Source: Chrysomallon squamiferum (lineage: Eukaryota > Animalia > Mollusca). From it: DNA of 64,000 bases. Position 1 is the first letter of the stretch; each line of letters begins with the position of its first letter. Shown piece after piece: positions 24,169 to 38,397 of the stretch. Below the pieces are notes generated by a model. It made no database searches, was not told the DNA's origin, and was given only the letters and a program-made list of their open reading frames with translations. The position numbers and the translations under genes are program-made. The stretch is taken from positions 22,630,001 to 22,694,000 of the forward strand of contig CM022672.1 of assembly GCA_012295275.1 (NCBI GenBank). The letters run 5' to 3'.

Positions 24169-26122
24169 TAACAAGTAAAATAAATTAACATGACAGATTA
24201 AAATAACTCTTTGAGTGTTGTTCTCCTCTTTAATTCCATATTACTTTCATCATCACAATAACGACAACAATATGAATATCAATAATGATAATAATAACAA
24301 CAACAAAATCACATAACCACCACACCAGTTTTAGAACAGTTATTCATTCATTAATTTAACTATTTATTAATTATTATATTATTATTATTATTATTATTAA
24401 TTTTTAATTTTTTAAAAACGTTATCATTAGATAAAAAAAATCTGGCCTCAGAATTAAGACCAACCAGCTATTGTGGATTATGACCTATTACATCTGTCAC
24501 AGTGACTGTGTCAGAGTACTGATGAGTTTCTGTTACAGATATTCTGAATAGCAATGTTCTGATTAGCTGCTCTGTTCTGCTCTGCTACACAGTCACTGTC
24601 ATTGTATACAGAAACATCACTGTTATGTTCATTATATAGAAATGTAAAGCAACACATTTAAAACAAACATTTAAGTACTGTGAACCAACAGTCACTGTTT
24701 TCTACATAGTTAAGAATAAAACTTTAAAAAAAAAAAAAAAATGCAACCTTTGTTAATTTCAGCATGAACACTTTTGCCTTTGTATTATTTTTAAACAAAA
24801 GATCACTGCCTCAATGATTCTGTTATTATTTAGTTTAATGATGTACATTGACTATGACTCAGTAATCAAGAGTACTCAGTTCTTCTCAGTCCACCTGCTA
24901 AGTCATATCCTGTTCCAAACAATGCTCCATGACTGTATTTTTTTTTTTTTCAAATGTTTATTCCTGTTGGTGTTAATGATAAGGTGCGTGTATAAAGGAT
25001 GCCTTGCTGTCAATTGAAAAAGAAGTCTACTGTGTGACAGCAGGTTTATTCACTCATTATCTGAATGATTCTGAATAATGTTTATGATAGCAAATAACCA
25101 GAGATTGGAAATATTCTGTATCATTAAATAAAGTATTTCTTATTACCTCAGCTAATAAGCAGATGGGTATTTCACTATACAACAATACTTTATTATTAAC
25201 AAAGGTTGTTTGCATACTGAAGAATATGTAAAAGGAAGCCCATTTCTACCATTCTGCTGCCAGAAAGTATCTGTTATATTTATATTCACATTATTTTTTC
25301 TAAAAACCTGTTAAATGGTATTGCCTGGTGTCAGAAATAATCTGGGCAGCAATAAGGAATGATTCAACAGGAACGGCCTACAGCCAGATGCCTGTTACAT
25401 CATTTAGACTAAGAAGTGTTAACTGTTCATGTGGTCATCACTAATTCATGAGGGCTGCTTAATCCTTCACATAACAAGTATTAATAAAAATATTACTGAA
25501 ATGTCTTTATATTCGTATATTCCAGAAATATAAAGACATTTCTGGGATACACGAATTGGCATTTATGTAATTTGAACATCTGTAACAAATAAAAACGATC
25601 AGGAATATTAAGGTTAATTTCTGTCATTATTTTGAACACCAACCAACATATTTATAAATAAAACTACTAATACTACTTCTACTAAACAGAAAATTAAACA
25701 ATGTTAATGACAGTCTTATGTCACAAAAATTCATCATTAATCTCATATATTCTGAAAAATACTTTTTGTGTTCATCTTTAACTGTCAGCATCTTTATGAC
25801 AGTAAATTTTTTAATGTCCATAATTTAAAAATGCCCGCAACTGTATATTTCCATCGAAAAATAATGATTTGAAAACTGTTTGTATATGTGTGTGCGTGTG
25901 TTTTAACTCTTCATATCGTGTTCTAAACAATGCTCCATGACAATTTTTTTTTTTTTTTTGGTGTTAATGGTAAGGTGCACATAAAAGATCCCTTGCTGTC
26001 AACTGAAAAAGAATAGTCTGCTGTGTAAAACTAAATTTTATTTTACCTGCTTTTGCAGCACCTGAATCTCCTGGAGCTGCTGGAGCTGCTGCAGCTTTTT
26101 TACCTCCTTTCTTAGCCACCAT
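22644..26122 (-). CDS. Small Lys/Ala-rich basic protein, molluscidin-like (antimicrobial or H1-tail-like), 58 aa, coding exons 26122-26047, 24000-23953, 22696-22644
   Basis: Two phase-1 GT-AG introns join MVAKKGGKKAAAAPAAPGDSGAAKA-AKAKTTKKVAKKGPKK-GGVKKKTGRKAKKTAKK* (21 Lys, 1 Arg, 1 Asp). Acceptor tttttgtctctgcag lies 9 nt before the ATG; probable 5' UTR exon with a donor after 27006; candidate AATAAA at 21443-21438. The dibasic KK spacing and AKKG.KKA..P start resemble Crassostrea cgMolluscidin as recalled. Confidence 0.85.
24895..25140 (+). mobile_element. Degenerate dispersed repeat, probably SINE-derived (related fragments at ~25919-26030, ~35345-35430 on -, ~47935-48030)
   Basis: tgttccaaacaatgctccatgac..gtgttaatgataaggtgc..tataaaggatgccttgctgtcaattgaaaaagaa recurs at 25919-26015; the atgctccatgac core recurs in the 35-kb and 48-kb blocks. 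SINE identity is inference. Confidence 0.45.
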
Positions 26123-26298
26123 CTTTACAGACTGCAGAGACAAAAAATAAATAATAATAATACACACACACACGCACAAAGGCATATAAATAATAATCTA
26201 AAATACAAGGTTATTAACTATAATGTAGTGTGTATATTTTAGGCACCAAGTGTACAGAATGTAGAGACAAAAAAAAAGTATATATGTGTGTGTGTGTG

Positions 26299-26336
<38 letters not shown>

Positions 26337-26673
26337 AAGGATTATAATAATCTCAAATACAAGTTTATTAACTAATAAAGTAGTATGTGTAAGTGTGTAT
26401 GTTAGCCACAGGCTGCTTAGATAAAATATATACACAGGATTATAATATCTCAAATACAAGTTTATTAACTAATATGTATCTGTGTGTAATTTTAGCCAAC
26501 TTCTTTAGTGACTGCATAGACCAAAAAAACCCCAAGAATTATAAAAATCTAAAATACAAATTTATTATATTCTTAAGTTGTGTGTGGATATGAAAGTTAT
26601 TAGCTACATCTTTACAGAATGCAAAGACAAAAAAGATTAATATAGAATTGTAAATCTGAAATACAGGTTCATT

Positions 26674-26711
<38 letters not shown>

Positions 26712-26850
26712 ATATTAGCTACCATCTTTACACATTTTTCATGTAGGTATGAAGCTCTTAATTAATGTACATATATGTGTGTGATTCTGTGACTGTGTGT
26801 ATGTGTGTTTAATATTAACTACAATCACTGCTGACTGCAGAGAAAAATAT
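26110..26850 (-). repeat. Tandem degenerate copies (~7 units of 90-160 bp) of the splice-acceptor/start-codon segment of the molluscidin-like gene
   Basis: ttagccaccatctttacagactgcagagacaaaaa..atctaaaatacaaggttattaact variants at ~26112, 26239, 26402, 26492, 26600, 26714 and 26814. Confidence 0.75.
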
Positions 26851-27005
26851 ATACATAATATGATAATTATATTTTGCCGTTTCTCATTTAATTAATGTTA
26901 TTACTTACTAATATGTTGTTGTTGTTATTATTATTATTATTATTAAAACAATTTTTTAACAGTGAACTTATACTAATTTAAATAATCAGTAATTACTGTC
27001 CATAC

Positions 27006-27900
27006 GGTGAATCACAATTCGGTACTTCAGTTTCGAACAGACGAAATAACCAGACGTAACTCGCAACAGCTGACTAATATTTTGACATTTCTGATTTCGC
27101 GCCTCTCTTCATTTCGTTATCCGAAATGACAAAATGACTATGAAAGGTTTACTCCAAATGCGGATTTCTATTAACAATTATTTTGTTTCTTATGTTTATG
27201 ACATCTATGTTTTCTCATATACTTCTGTTTTGCGAGAAAGGAAAATGGCGGTTGTTATTACTGCGCGATTATACTGAAACTGTGCTTGCAAAACTCGATA
27301 ATAAAAATGTACGTATAAAAAATAGTGACGCTAACTGCGCCTGTTGTAAACAGCTCGGATTCGATGCTGCATGCACATGTGACTACATTTCCAATTATTT
27401 CCCCCTTTCTTCTTCTGCTTCTTCTTTTTTTAATTTTTTTCATTATTATCATTATTTTTTATTTATTATTATTATTATTTTTATGACATGTATCGTACTC
27501 ACCCTTTGTTACGTTCCGTTCTACAAGCGTTCCAAGCCCTGAGTTGTGCGCGCAACACAAACCGACGCTATGTATATAACACAACAGTAAACAGATTTCC
27601 CTTCCGCTGTTGGGGAATCCACCGTTTCGATTGGCTATATTTTTACACCCGGCGATACCCATTGGACAGACAAGTAAATAGGTCAAGAGAAGCGGTAAAG
27701 GACCAACCGTTAGCCTGTTTTCATTGGTCTTGTCTGTTCGTATCTGGTTATCGAACGCAGGTCACCAAGGGAGCGAACTGCTTTTACGTGTGTTTCTAGT
27801 ATGCCCGTTGTTTCGTACAAAAACGTATTCATATTTCATGTAAATAAAGCACAACAATTACTGCTTGGTCGGAAGTAAACAGGTTTATGGATTGAAGCAG
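27006..27900. promoter_or_regulatory. CpG-rich promoter region upstream of the molluscidin-like gene, possibly bidirectional
   Basis: Abrupt rise in CpG; YY1-like aaaatggcgg (27242-27251); three ATTGG/CCAAT boxes (27630, 27661, 27723); kB-like ggggaatcc (27612-27620); ETS-like cggaagt (~27870). Confidence 0.55.
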
Positions 27901-28046
27901 TCAGTGCATATCTGAGCAGTTTTCTCGAATAACTGCACACCATTTTAATAATATTTTAATGGTCTATGATTTAATCAATCATCAGCATAATCATCACAAT
28001 AATCATCGTCGGCATTATTATTGTTATTATCTACATTTGCTGTTTA

Positions 28047-28079
<33 letters not shown>

Positions 28080-28196
28080 CACATCAATATCATCATCATT
28101 GTCATTATCGTAGTTATCATCATCATCATAATCATCATCGTTAATATAATAATTATTATTGCCTTATTGTTATTTTCTGTTGTTATTATTATATTA

Positions 28197-28240
<44 letters not shown>

Positions 28241-28380
28241 CATTATTATAACAATAACAGTAATAATGGAAATTGTTCATATTTAAACGATCCAGATGCA
28301 GTGTTTAGTTTAAGTAATGTTGAACGTACAATATCATCATCATTGTCATTATCGTAGCCATCATTATCACCATCATTAAC

Positions 28381-28426
<46 letters not shown>

Positions 28427-29894
28427 CATTAACAGTAATAATTAATAGGAAAAGTTGTATTCAAACGATGCAGATGCAGTGTTTAGTTCAAGTAATGTTA
28501 AACGTATATTTAGGTATATTTAGAAGAAGTTGATTGTAAGATAGTGAATTCAGGACACCCAAAGATGACATTCATGAATATTTTTGGGGGTAAATCAATT
28601 ATTTTAAAACTAACTAAATCAATAAATGTATGTTATTTGATCTTATTGTTTAATTAATGAGCATAATTTGTATAGCTAAGCGGGCTAAAGGAACCTATAC
28701 GATGGGCGATAACTCAAATGTTACTGTTCACAGGTTAATTATTTCCCTTTATTTCACGTTTACTTATTTCTATTCTATTTATTATTCTATTTATTATTCT
28801 TTTTATTATTAATGCTCTTCTTGTTCTTATTGTTATTTATTTACTTATTTATTTATTTTAGATAAATATTTATTTTCACGCTTCGGTATTTTGCGTAATC
28901 TCACGAAGTTGAGTAATTATGACATCAGCAGAAAAACAGTTAATTGGCAAAATGTTAAAATAAAATGACAAACATAAAATATATTAAGCAACGGGTGAGT
29001 TTAATTTACTAACTAATAATTTTATATAAAAACAACAAGGCCACGATTATAAATTTATGTTTATTTCAGAAGCGAATCGGACCCTACAAAAATTTACTAC
29101 GTTTTCTTTAATTTACTTTTAACATTTAAAACACGAAATAAAATAAAAGCGTAACAACAATATCATAGGTAATAATGATACTATGGTATTAATGAAACGA
29201 CGGTAAAAATAATAATGATGATGATGATGATAATGGAAATGATGATTTCGACGATACTATTACTACTACTACTAGTTGTAGTAGTAGTAGTAGTAGTAGT
29301 AGTAAATGTCAGGACAATTGTTATTGTGATTTTAACACAAGAACAAAAACAGTTATATGTATTTAAAAACCAGTATTGTGTTTATTACAAGTAAACATTT
29401 TAAATGTCTCCCTTTTGTTTCAGTTTGATTTTAGGGTTGCAGAACGAAGAGTTACTATTTCATGACGTCATATAACGATTTGCAAAAATATCTTGATGTG
29501 TTGCGACTCCGTTTTGAACATTTTCACGGAATCATGGCTGTCAAATTACTTCATCTTTCGGTCCTTTAAAATGTGGATTTTTTTTTCTGCGAAGACCAAA
29601 GTGTTGTGCAAGCAGCCTTTGACAACTGAGTAAATAACGAAATAACTTTCGGGATCAATATAATAATTATTTTCGATTGTTAATATAATACTAACAATAA
29701 TACTTACTTTTTCCCTTAACCTATAAAAGTATTTGCTTCTTTTCTTATTTGTTTTGGGTAAATGAAATAAAAAAAATAATAATAGAATAAAATAAAAATT
29801 TAAAAATATTGAAAAAAAAGAAAAAATAATTAAAATAATTTGAATTTTTTTTTTTAAACTTTGTAATTTGTACGTTAATTTTTGGTTTTTCTTC

Positions 29895-29946
<52 letters not shown>

Positions 29947-31077
29947 AATAAGTAGTTCAAATTTATTTTTCTTTGAATATATCCAGTATTTACTTTGTTG
30001 CTTTTTCGTTTGTCAAATGATTCGAATCGATCTACCTAACGAAAACAAAATATTTTGAAATTTTTTTTTTAACGACGTCTTCATAATTATTATGCATCCA
30101 TGCCTTGGTCTTTCTGTTAGCATTTCATTTTCGTTTTTAATTATTTGCATAGTAAGCACGTTAGTACTTTTGTGTTCAAAACACTGTCACAATTTTTGCA
30201 GTGCCATAATTCTACCAGTGTTGGCTGCTTTGTTTGTTATTTTGTTTCTCTACGATTACTGGCATAAATGTTTGGTTTTCCAAGTTTTTATCTCGTTAAT
30301 GTAAATCGCATATTGCCTGTAATAATGTTTGTAATATTACAGTTACTTTGGTTAGATCGCCTTTACTGCACCCGTCACAGTTTATATATATTAGGCGCTA
30401 AATAATGAGGAACTAGAAACGATAAACACTGATGAACCGAGCTCTCTCTCTGCCATCATGTTTGAGAAATACAATTAGCAAATCATGGAAAACTTCTTCT
30501 TCATCTTTTTTTTTTTTTTTTTTTTCTTTCCACTCGTTATTTTATAAATTATTGTGATGAAAATTTTATTAATAACTTTCAGCACCTTTTCCTCCATTTT
30601 ATTTGATCTGTAAACATTATTATATAATATTTTGTTATTTTATATATATATATGTGTAATGCTTGAAGTAATTATTTAATGTTTTAATGTTTTGCATAAA
30701 AGATTATAAAACATGTAAATAATGCTAATAAATTTTTTTTTAGTTGCTCGAAAGCAGTAGTGTTCTTGTTTTATGCTTTTATAATTTCTTCTTCTTTTTT
30801 CTTTCGTTTATGTTATGCATTTAGAAATTGTATACTTATTATATTTTTATATACTGACAGTTATTTAATGTTTTTAAAATTTGTTCCCTTTTTAATTGTT
30901 AAAAGTGGATTGAAGAAAACGCCAAAAATATTCATATGGTATAATTCTACAAACATCATTCTTATTATACGTTTAAGAATTTGTTTTTATTTGCGTTTCT
31001 AGAAATAATGTTTTAATACAGATAACTATTTCGCAAATATTTGTGTAAACATTAATTCCATTGTCTTTATATGCTTA

Positions 31078-31177
<100 letters not shown>

Positions 31178-32278
31178 ATGAAGATATATAACTGATTTTT
31201 TTTTTCCACCCCACTTGAGTCAGTTTACATCCTCGACAGTCATTCGTCGCATAATAAAAATAGATATGACGACAGTTTAACCAGCTCATTTCTTGTTTTA
31301 GTACAAAGAACGTATGTAACCAGAATACAGTAGTTTACTTTGTGATTAGAGAAACATCGATTATATTGTTATTGATAATATGCAAGAACTTTTTGTAAAT
31401 ATTACCGTTAATTTGTATTTATTATTATGTTATTAATTAATTAATTAATTAATTTATTTATTTCATTTCATTTTATTATTTTATTATTTTATTATTTTAT
31501 TTTTTATTTATTTTTATTTTATTTACAAAGACAGATAACTGTATCCTGGCAATTTTTACCCATTGCATGAACAACATGAGATATATTATTATGAATCGAA
31601 AACTATTTCGACAATGATAAATAAGTATTTTCTTTGTCTACTTATCTAATGATATAATCATGATAGGTTATATACATTATTTACTTTTACTTATTTATTT
31701 ATTTATTTATTTCAAGATGTTATTAAGTGTAAGTGAATTAAGTTAATGAAATAATGCCAAATTAGTGTGCTTTTATTGTATTTAATTATTAGATATCGGT
31801 GTATACGTAATATTGTAACGAATTTTACTACTGCATGACTGTATTCGCATTCACTACAAAGGCAAAGCAGACTAAATCAAGACACATACAAGAAGAAACA
31901 TAAATCAGGACATATCAAGAAAGTTACCAAAGAAAATTTAATTTTGAAGCATCTGTTTTAAATCACTTGTACAAACTTTTTCATTACGACTCTTCAGAAA
32001 ATCAAGTGAGCCTGATGGTATTTTGTCGGTTCTAAATTTTGTAAACGTAGGCTTTAATACATCCAACGTTTAATACGGAAATTAACTAAACTTTTTGATA
32101 AGTATTTTAATAATAGTTGATGAATATAAAGGTTATATAATAATGTTGCAGTACTATTATTTTCTAGCGCTTGGTATTTCAATTTATTTCTCATTTCTCG
32201 GATGTGTTCATTAGTCAAGATAGTAGAAAGTTTAAGTAATAAAGAACAGCTATATATGATTAAAATGTGATAAATCGG

Positions 32279-32313
<35 letters not shown>

Positions 32314-34385
32314 TGTAGCTTATTTATTATAAACTGCTTCATGTAGTTATTCTTGATATACATGCTTATCAGAATTATTAATACATAAAATGTCGAAGCA
32401 TGTCGTCAAAAGGAATATTTATTTATTTACTGTTACTTGATTTTACACATTCTTGGTTATGTGTAGGTAATTAATAACCTAAATTTCTAAAAATATTGTT
32501 TAATTACTCGATATATTTCTGTTGTTGTGCTTTCAAAGAATGAAGAAATTGGCTTTAAAAATCAGGTAATGTGCAGAATTGAATTATAAATGGATTATGA
32601 ACATATACAGTCTGTTACAGTCTATATATTTTAATGTAATGATCCTATTTTATTAAATGCGAGAAAAGGTATACCAGACATATATATGAGACATCCAAAT
32701 ATAATTTCATATAATAATTTGTTTAACAGTAAAAATATATTTTTATTGAAAAAGCTATGTTTGGGAAATTAGAACTATATGTGAGAGACTATAACCTCAA
32801 CGTAAACTTCCACGCTTGTGCTTTTTAATTTAGTTATTATATAGGTGTAATACATTCTTCTCTGTACTGTAAACCTGCAGTTTATGACAAGAACGTAATT
32901 ATCGTTGTCATTGTTAATTACGGGTATTGTATTTCATACCATCAGTTCAACTAATTCATAGAGGATATCTGAACAACTAAATGTCAACTGAAAGCGGTAC
33001 AACTAATCAAAGGAGAAACTCGACAAGAAAGAAAACCATTAAGAAATATTATCCTAATTATTAAGGACCATCTTATAAACTTATCACGTTTTAAAATATT
33101 GATAGCGAAATAAAGCGATATGTTTTAGAATTGTATACTGGTATTTGAAATCAGCACAGCAATCTGCGACACACATTTTTCTATGTTCTATAGACTGCTT
33201 GAAAAACTTCATTGTGTAAACGTATGGACGTCCGAGGCTAAGCTCTCCAAGTATGATAAATTTCATACGATGCTTTGCGATGATTATCTGAATCCAACAC
33301 ACTTACCATTATGTCTGGTCAGTGATAATGTTTATATATCAGTCTATTATGTTTGGGGCATTTCGCATAAACAAAGAATTGAAAATCCGAAACAGGGAAA
33401 GAGGTAAAATTGACCATAAAATGTTGAAAAACAAAATAGATCGGTTATGCTTAATAGATATTTAAATGGAAAATAAATTCCGTATTTATTGTGTAACAGC
33501 CATTTGACGAAAGCTGCAGTGCACGAATTCCATAAGTTCACCTGCAGAATAATATCAAAATTATAGTGGGGTGGGGTGGGGTGGGGAATAAAACCGTTAT
33601 TCATTCAAAACCGACAACTCTTACGTTCATGTATCAGTTGACACAGGCCAAAAACATAATGCTTACTTCATTACGTGTACCTTTATTACAGTCTTTATAA
33701 AATGAACACTTTACTAAATAGATTGTGCAAATTTGATAACGATATCTCTTGAAATATCTCATAATGTTGGCTTTTCTTTAAAAGTTTAAAGTGGAGAGTT
33801 GACAGTTTTGAAATGCAATATATTTGTCAGTTTATTTTGGTATCTTCTGAACATTTTTTTCTTATATTTTTTATCTGCGACTAAATCTATTGACCGATAT
33901 AAAAAACGTTCTTACTTGACAATAATAATTTGAAAAATGAATGCATCACCATTATAGCTGTCTTCAGCAGTTTCTGTAGAAGAGTAATCCGATGTCTTGA
34001 CATTCATACTCGATACTATGTATGTAGTGGCAAATACTTTGGAAAATTGTTGTTATTTACAAGTTGCAGACAATTTCCAATACATCCGCTCTTTTGTTTG
34101 CCTAGAAAGACAAAATCAAAGCATAAAAATATTCAACAAAATAAGTATAAAAAAATGAAAAAAAGATTTAGAATACATTATATTTTACACAAGGTTTTTT
34201 TTCATTTCAATGATTAAAACTTTAAAAAAATACACATAAAAAAGTGTTGTTTTTTGTTTTGTTTCTTATTTAAATATTTACATTTAACATTGGTCATGCT
34301 AAAAATAAATGTTTCAATCTTAAAAATATACCAAAATTCAGTTAAAAAAACATGGCAGCTAGTCACATAATACAGTCTCAGTGGT

Positions 34386-34421
<36 letters not shown>

Positions 34422-36244
34422 ATCTATATCCATAGATATGTATATATTTGAATCTATCATGGTAATAAAATCTACAGACTTGCTTTATAAACTAAAAATC
34501 ATAAATGAAATAAATATATAAGATGTAACTATTGACAAATATATTTTAAATAATTTTGGGATACAGCAGTTCAAAACCTAAAATATATTTCATACCCCTA
34601 GGACTCTTCATTGTAGCTTCTAAGTCCATAATTGATAGAAATCTACAGACATATTTGTCTAAACCATGGAGTATTGTGTTTAAATCAATGAATTAAGATC
34701 TTGAGATAAAATAAATTAAGTGATAATGGTATGTTCATGTCATAAATCTTAAATACTGATTTACCAATTATCTACAGATGGTATCAAGTCTGGGTTGATC
34801 TTTCATTCAGGGTATGGTGGATAGCTGAAAACTAAATTAAAAAAAATGAATTAATAGATATTTAATGAGTAGCTAAAGATCATTTTACTATAAGAAAACA
34901 AATCAAAATAAGTGTTTATATTTTATTCATAATACTATGCATTGACAAATTCCTTTATAATCTATATTTTTATACTATTTTGTTTTAAAACTGTTTATAA
35001 GAGTAACAAACACAGAGACACATATCTGCATAGTTAAACAGCAGACTTATTCTATATTTTCAGTTTTGTCATTGGCCACAAATCTACCAGTATCACCTAT
35101 CTTACCTTTTGACTGTTTTTGTCAACATAAAAAACTCACAGCACAAATCCTTCAGATGGATCTTAATGAAGTGTTTTTCTCTCCTCATTTGTTTACAGTT
35201 ACAACAAAATAGTTTGCAGAACGTGGAACAAGACTTAGAAATGATTTAGAATGTTCTCCTACTGATAAACTAAATTAGTCTTAAAACACAGTGTAATATT
35301 TTTCTGTGAAGCATAATAATCTGATTACTACTTTGTTTTAATTAGGGGCCTTTTAAATGACCTCTGACAACTTTGTCATGGAGCATGAGCTGGAATGGGA
35401 AAACGCTCTTTAATCAGTCATACCTGAGACCAGTATTCTTCAACTAATCACAACACAGAATACTACTTTTCAATGAATCACTTCTCAAAAAAGAACTATT
35501 CAACAAAAAAAAAAACAACTATTCAACCAATCACTTCTGAGAACAGCACTTTTCAGCTGATTATATCCCAGGCCAGGATGATAGGAACAAAACTATAACC
35601 CAGGTATGCTTTCAGTCACTAAAAATTAGACAGTTGAGGATTAAATATTAGCTTTAAAATATCCAATGTACTAAATAAACAAAGAGAAAAAGTTTTATTG
35701 TGTAAAATAAAATTTCTGTATCAATGCTGAGGAATAAAACTAATTAACACTTCAAACTCCAAGACAAATTTTGTAAAATTACTACAAAACTACCACGTTA
35801 TTTATTAATTCTTAGATTTCTTTATGGTGCCTAACTGTCACATTAGTTTTATTATTAATTCTTGCTTTTTTTAGATTTCTTTACAATGTCTCACTGTCAT
35901 TTCTTTGATACCTTTATTACAAATGTATATGAAGGATGAATAAACAAAATAAATAAGTAAATAAAACATACTCATATATATATTGTATTATCAGAAACCT
36001 TTATTTATAAACTCATCATACATTGATAATTTAAAAGCATTAAATACATAGTTATATTTAGTTTATAGATGTTCTGCATACAAATGAAAGATAATTAAGA
36101 CAATGTTAGTGAAAATACAAATAAGATAAAAAAACCAACTAAAAACAATAAATAAAATTATAATAAACAAACACTATTAGTAAAAATTTATTATATTTCA
36201 AACATATTTACATATATAAAGATACATTTAATTTGTATCATAAC

Positions 36245-36278
<34 letters not shown>

Positions 36279-37445
36279 TAAAATAAATAAAATAAGAAAA
36301 ATGAAGGAAATTATTTTTACTCAGTATTTCTTTATCATTACAAAAATCAATATATTTCCTTTAAATTATGAATTATAATGTTAATAACCAAAGCTAATAC
36401 TAACCACTTCCAAAGAAAATGTGTCCTATTTGATATTAAGATTAAACACTAACACGGCACATTAATGATATGATTATATATATATATATATATGAGATAA
36501 AGTGAGAGAAATACCAAGTATAATATTTTCAATGAATTAGCAAAATAAACAAAGGAATCCTTGTCTGAGAAAACAGCTAAGAATAACAGTTCACAGATGA
36601 TTTGCATACGAATGAAAGATGCTTAAGATAATGATAGTGAAAATACAAATGAGATTAAACAATCAAAAAACAAATAAGATTACAATAAACAAACACTAAT
36701 ACCACAAATCTATCACAATAGATTTCAAACATATTTACATATTTAAAAAGGCATTTATTGTTATTATTATTTAAAATAAATAATATAAAATAAATGAAGG
36801 AAATTATGTATAATATTTACTCAATATTTCTTTACCATTACAAACATCAATTTACTTCCTTTAAATTTTTTAGATTAAAATGTTAATAACCAAAGACTAA
36901 ATTGACCACTCCCCAAAAAAGTGCATCCTGTTTGATATTTATTTATTTAAATACTAACAGGCTACATTAGGGATATATATGTATATATATATAAAAAGTG
37001 AGAGAAATGCCAAGTATAATATTTTCAATGAATTAGCAAAATTAACAAATCAATCCTTCTCTGAGATAACTAAAAATAACAACTGAAATGATTTGATGAC
37101 TAATAAACAATCCCACTGCATTACCTGATTAACAACAACATATTTACATTGAATATTACAAATTAATGGCTAATATATTTTTCTAAATGAAGGTATCCTT
37201 TGTTCTGGAATATTAATTTTTAAAATGTCATCAGAATTAAATAAATGTGTCATTCCTTTGATGTTGTTTTTCTTCAACAATCAATCTAAATTAAATTGAG
37301 ATATATAGTTTCTAACTTGACTTGAAAATTTATCACGTGTTACATATTAATTTTTAGGATCACAGCATTTAGAATGCTACAATTTAAATTATATCTTATT
37401 TACTCAGTACTCTTACTAATTATATTTGTATTGTCATTTTTCAGT

Positions 37446-37631
37446 TTAAGAAACATCCGTAACTGTGAAACAAAACCTTTCAGAATTGAACAGGTGTCCA
37501 TTAAAAGTATCTTTTCTTCTCTCCTACAAAACTTTTAGGATGTCGTCCTTTAGTTTTTTTTCTTCCTGGTAAGATGCACTTTCATGGACAGAAGCCATAT
37601 CAGGAACAGCTCATCCTCCTGAAACTGTCAT
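37446..37631 (-). pseudogene. Probable decayed RING-encoding exon downstream of IAP copy A
   Basis: After acceptor ttttcag one frame reads ..SYQEEKKLKDDILKVL*ERRKDTFNGHLF.., resembling the IAP pre-RING/RING pattern EE..LK...LCKVC....F.PCGHL with the cysteines lost. Confidence 0.4.
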
Positions 37632-38397
37632 CTGAAAACGAAAATCAAATTATAAATGGTTATTGATTTTGTTTATCTAATTCTTCTATTTCACATATAT
37701 ACCAAACATTTATTTTTTTTTTCTTTCTTTTATACATTTACTTTTATATATCTTACAGGAAATATTTAAAATTCCTGATAATTTAGAGAATATGTATAAA
37801 TTCTGATTTCAAATGCTGAAAGTAGATCATTCTCTGACAGCAATCGTTGGAGAATGTCCTGAGGGAGGTTAGATGATAAAAAGCCAGTCCAAGCATCAGT
37901 GCTGCACATGCAGAACACTTAATTTCTCTGTTTTCAACATTCTCGAACTGACAAAATGTGTTACCATCTAACCATCAAATAAGAATGTCCTTAATGTCAC
38001 TGTTTGCTCTTTCTTTAGGATGCCTAGTTTTTCCATGCACCATCACGAATTTTGGCCGTATAACTTTCAGTTCACTGATTTCACATATTATTTGAAAATT
38101 TCAGGAATTATACATATTCTATAACATATATAAAGTAAATAAATAAAGAACAAAATTCAACAACAATTAAAGCATTACTAGAATTTAATTACTAAATATT
38201 AAATATTTTAAATTAGCATTTTATATAAGTTAATCCTTTCTTTTCTTTTTCTTTTTTCTTTTTAAAAACATGGAACTTTTTCATATCATTAATCATCCTT
38301 AGCATCGTCTTTGTATCAGAAATTAGATTTTACTAGCTAAGAGATAATGTCACGTGACACTAATCTAATACTAACAGGGTCCTACGTGCCAGCCAGC

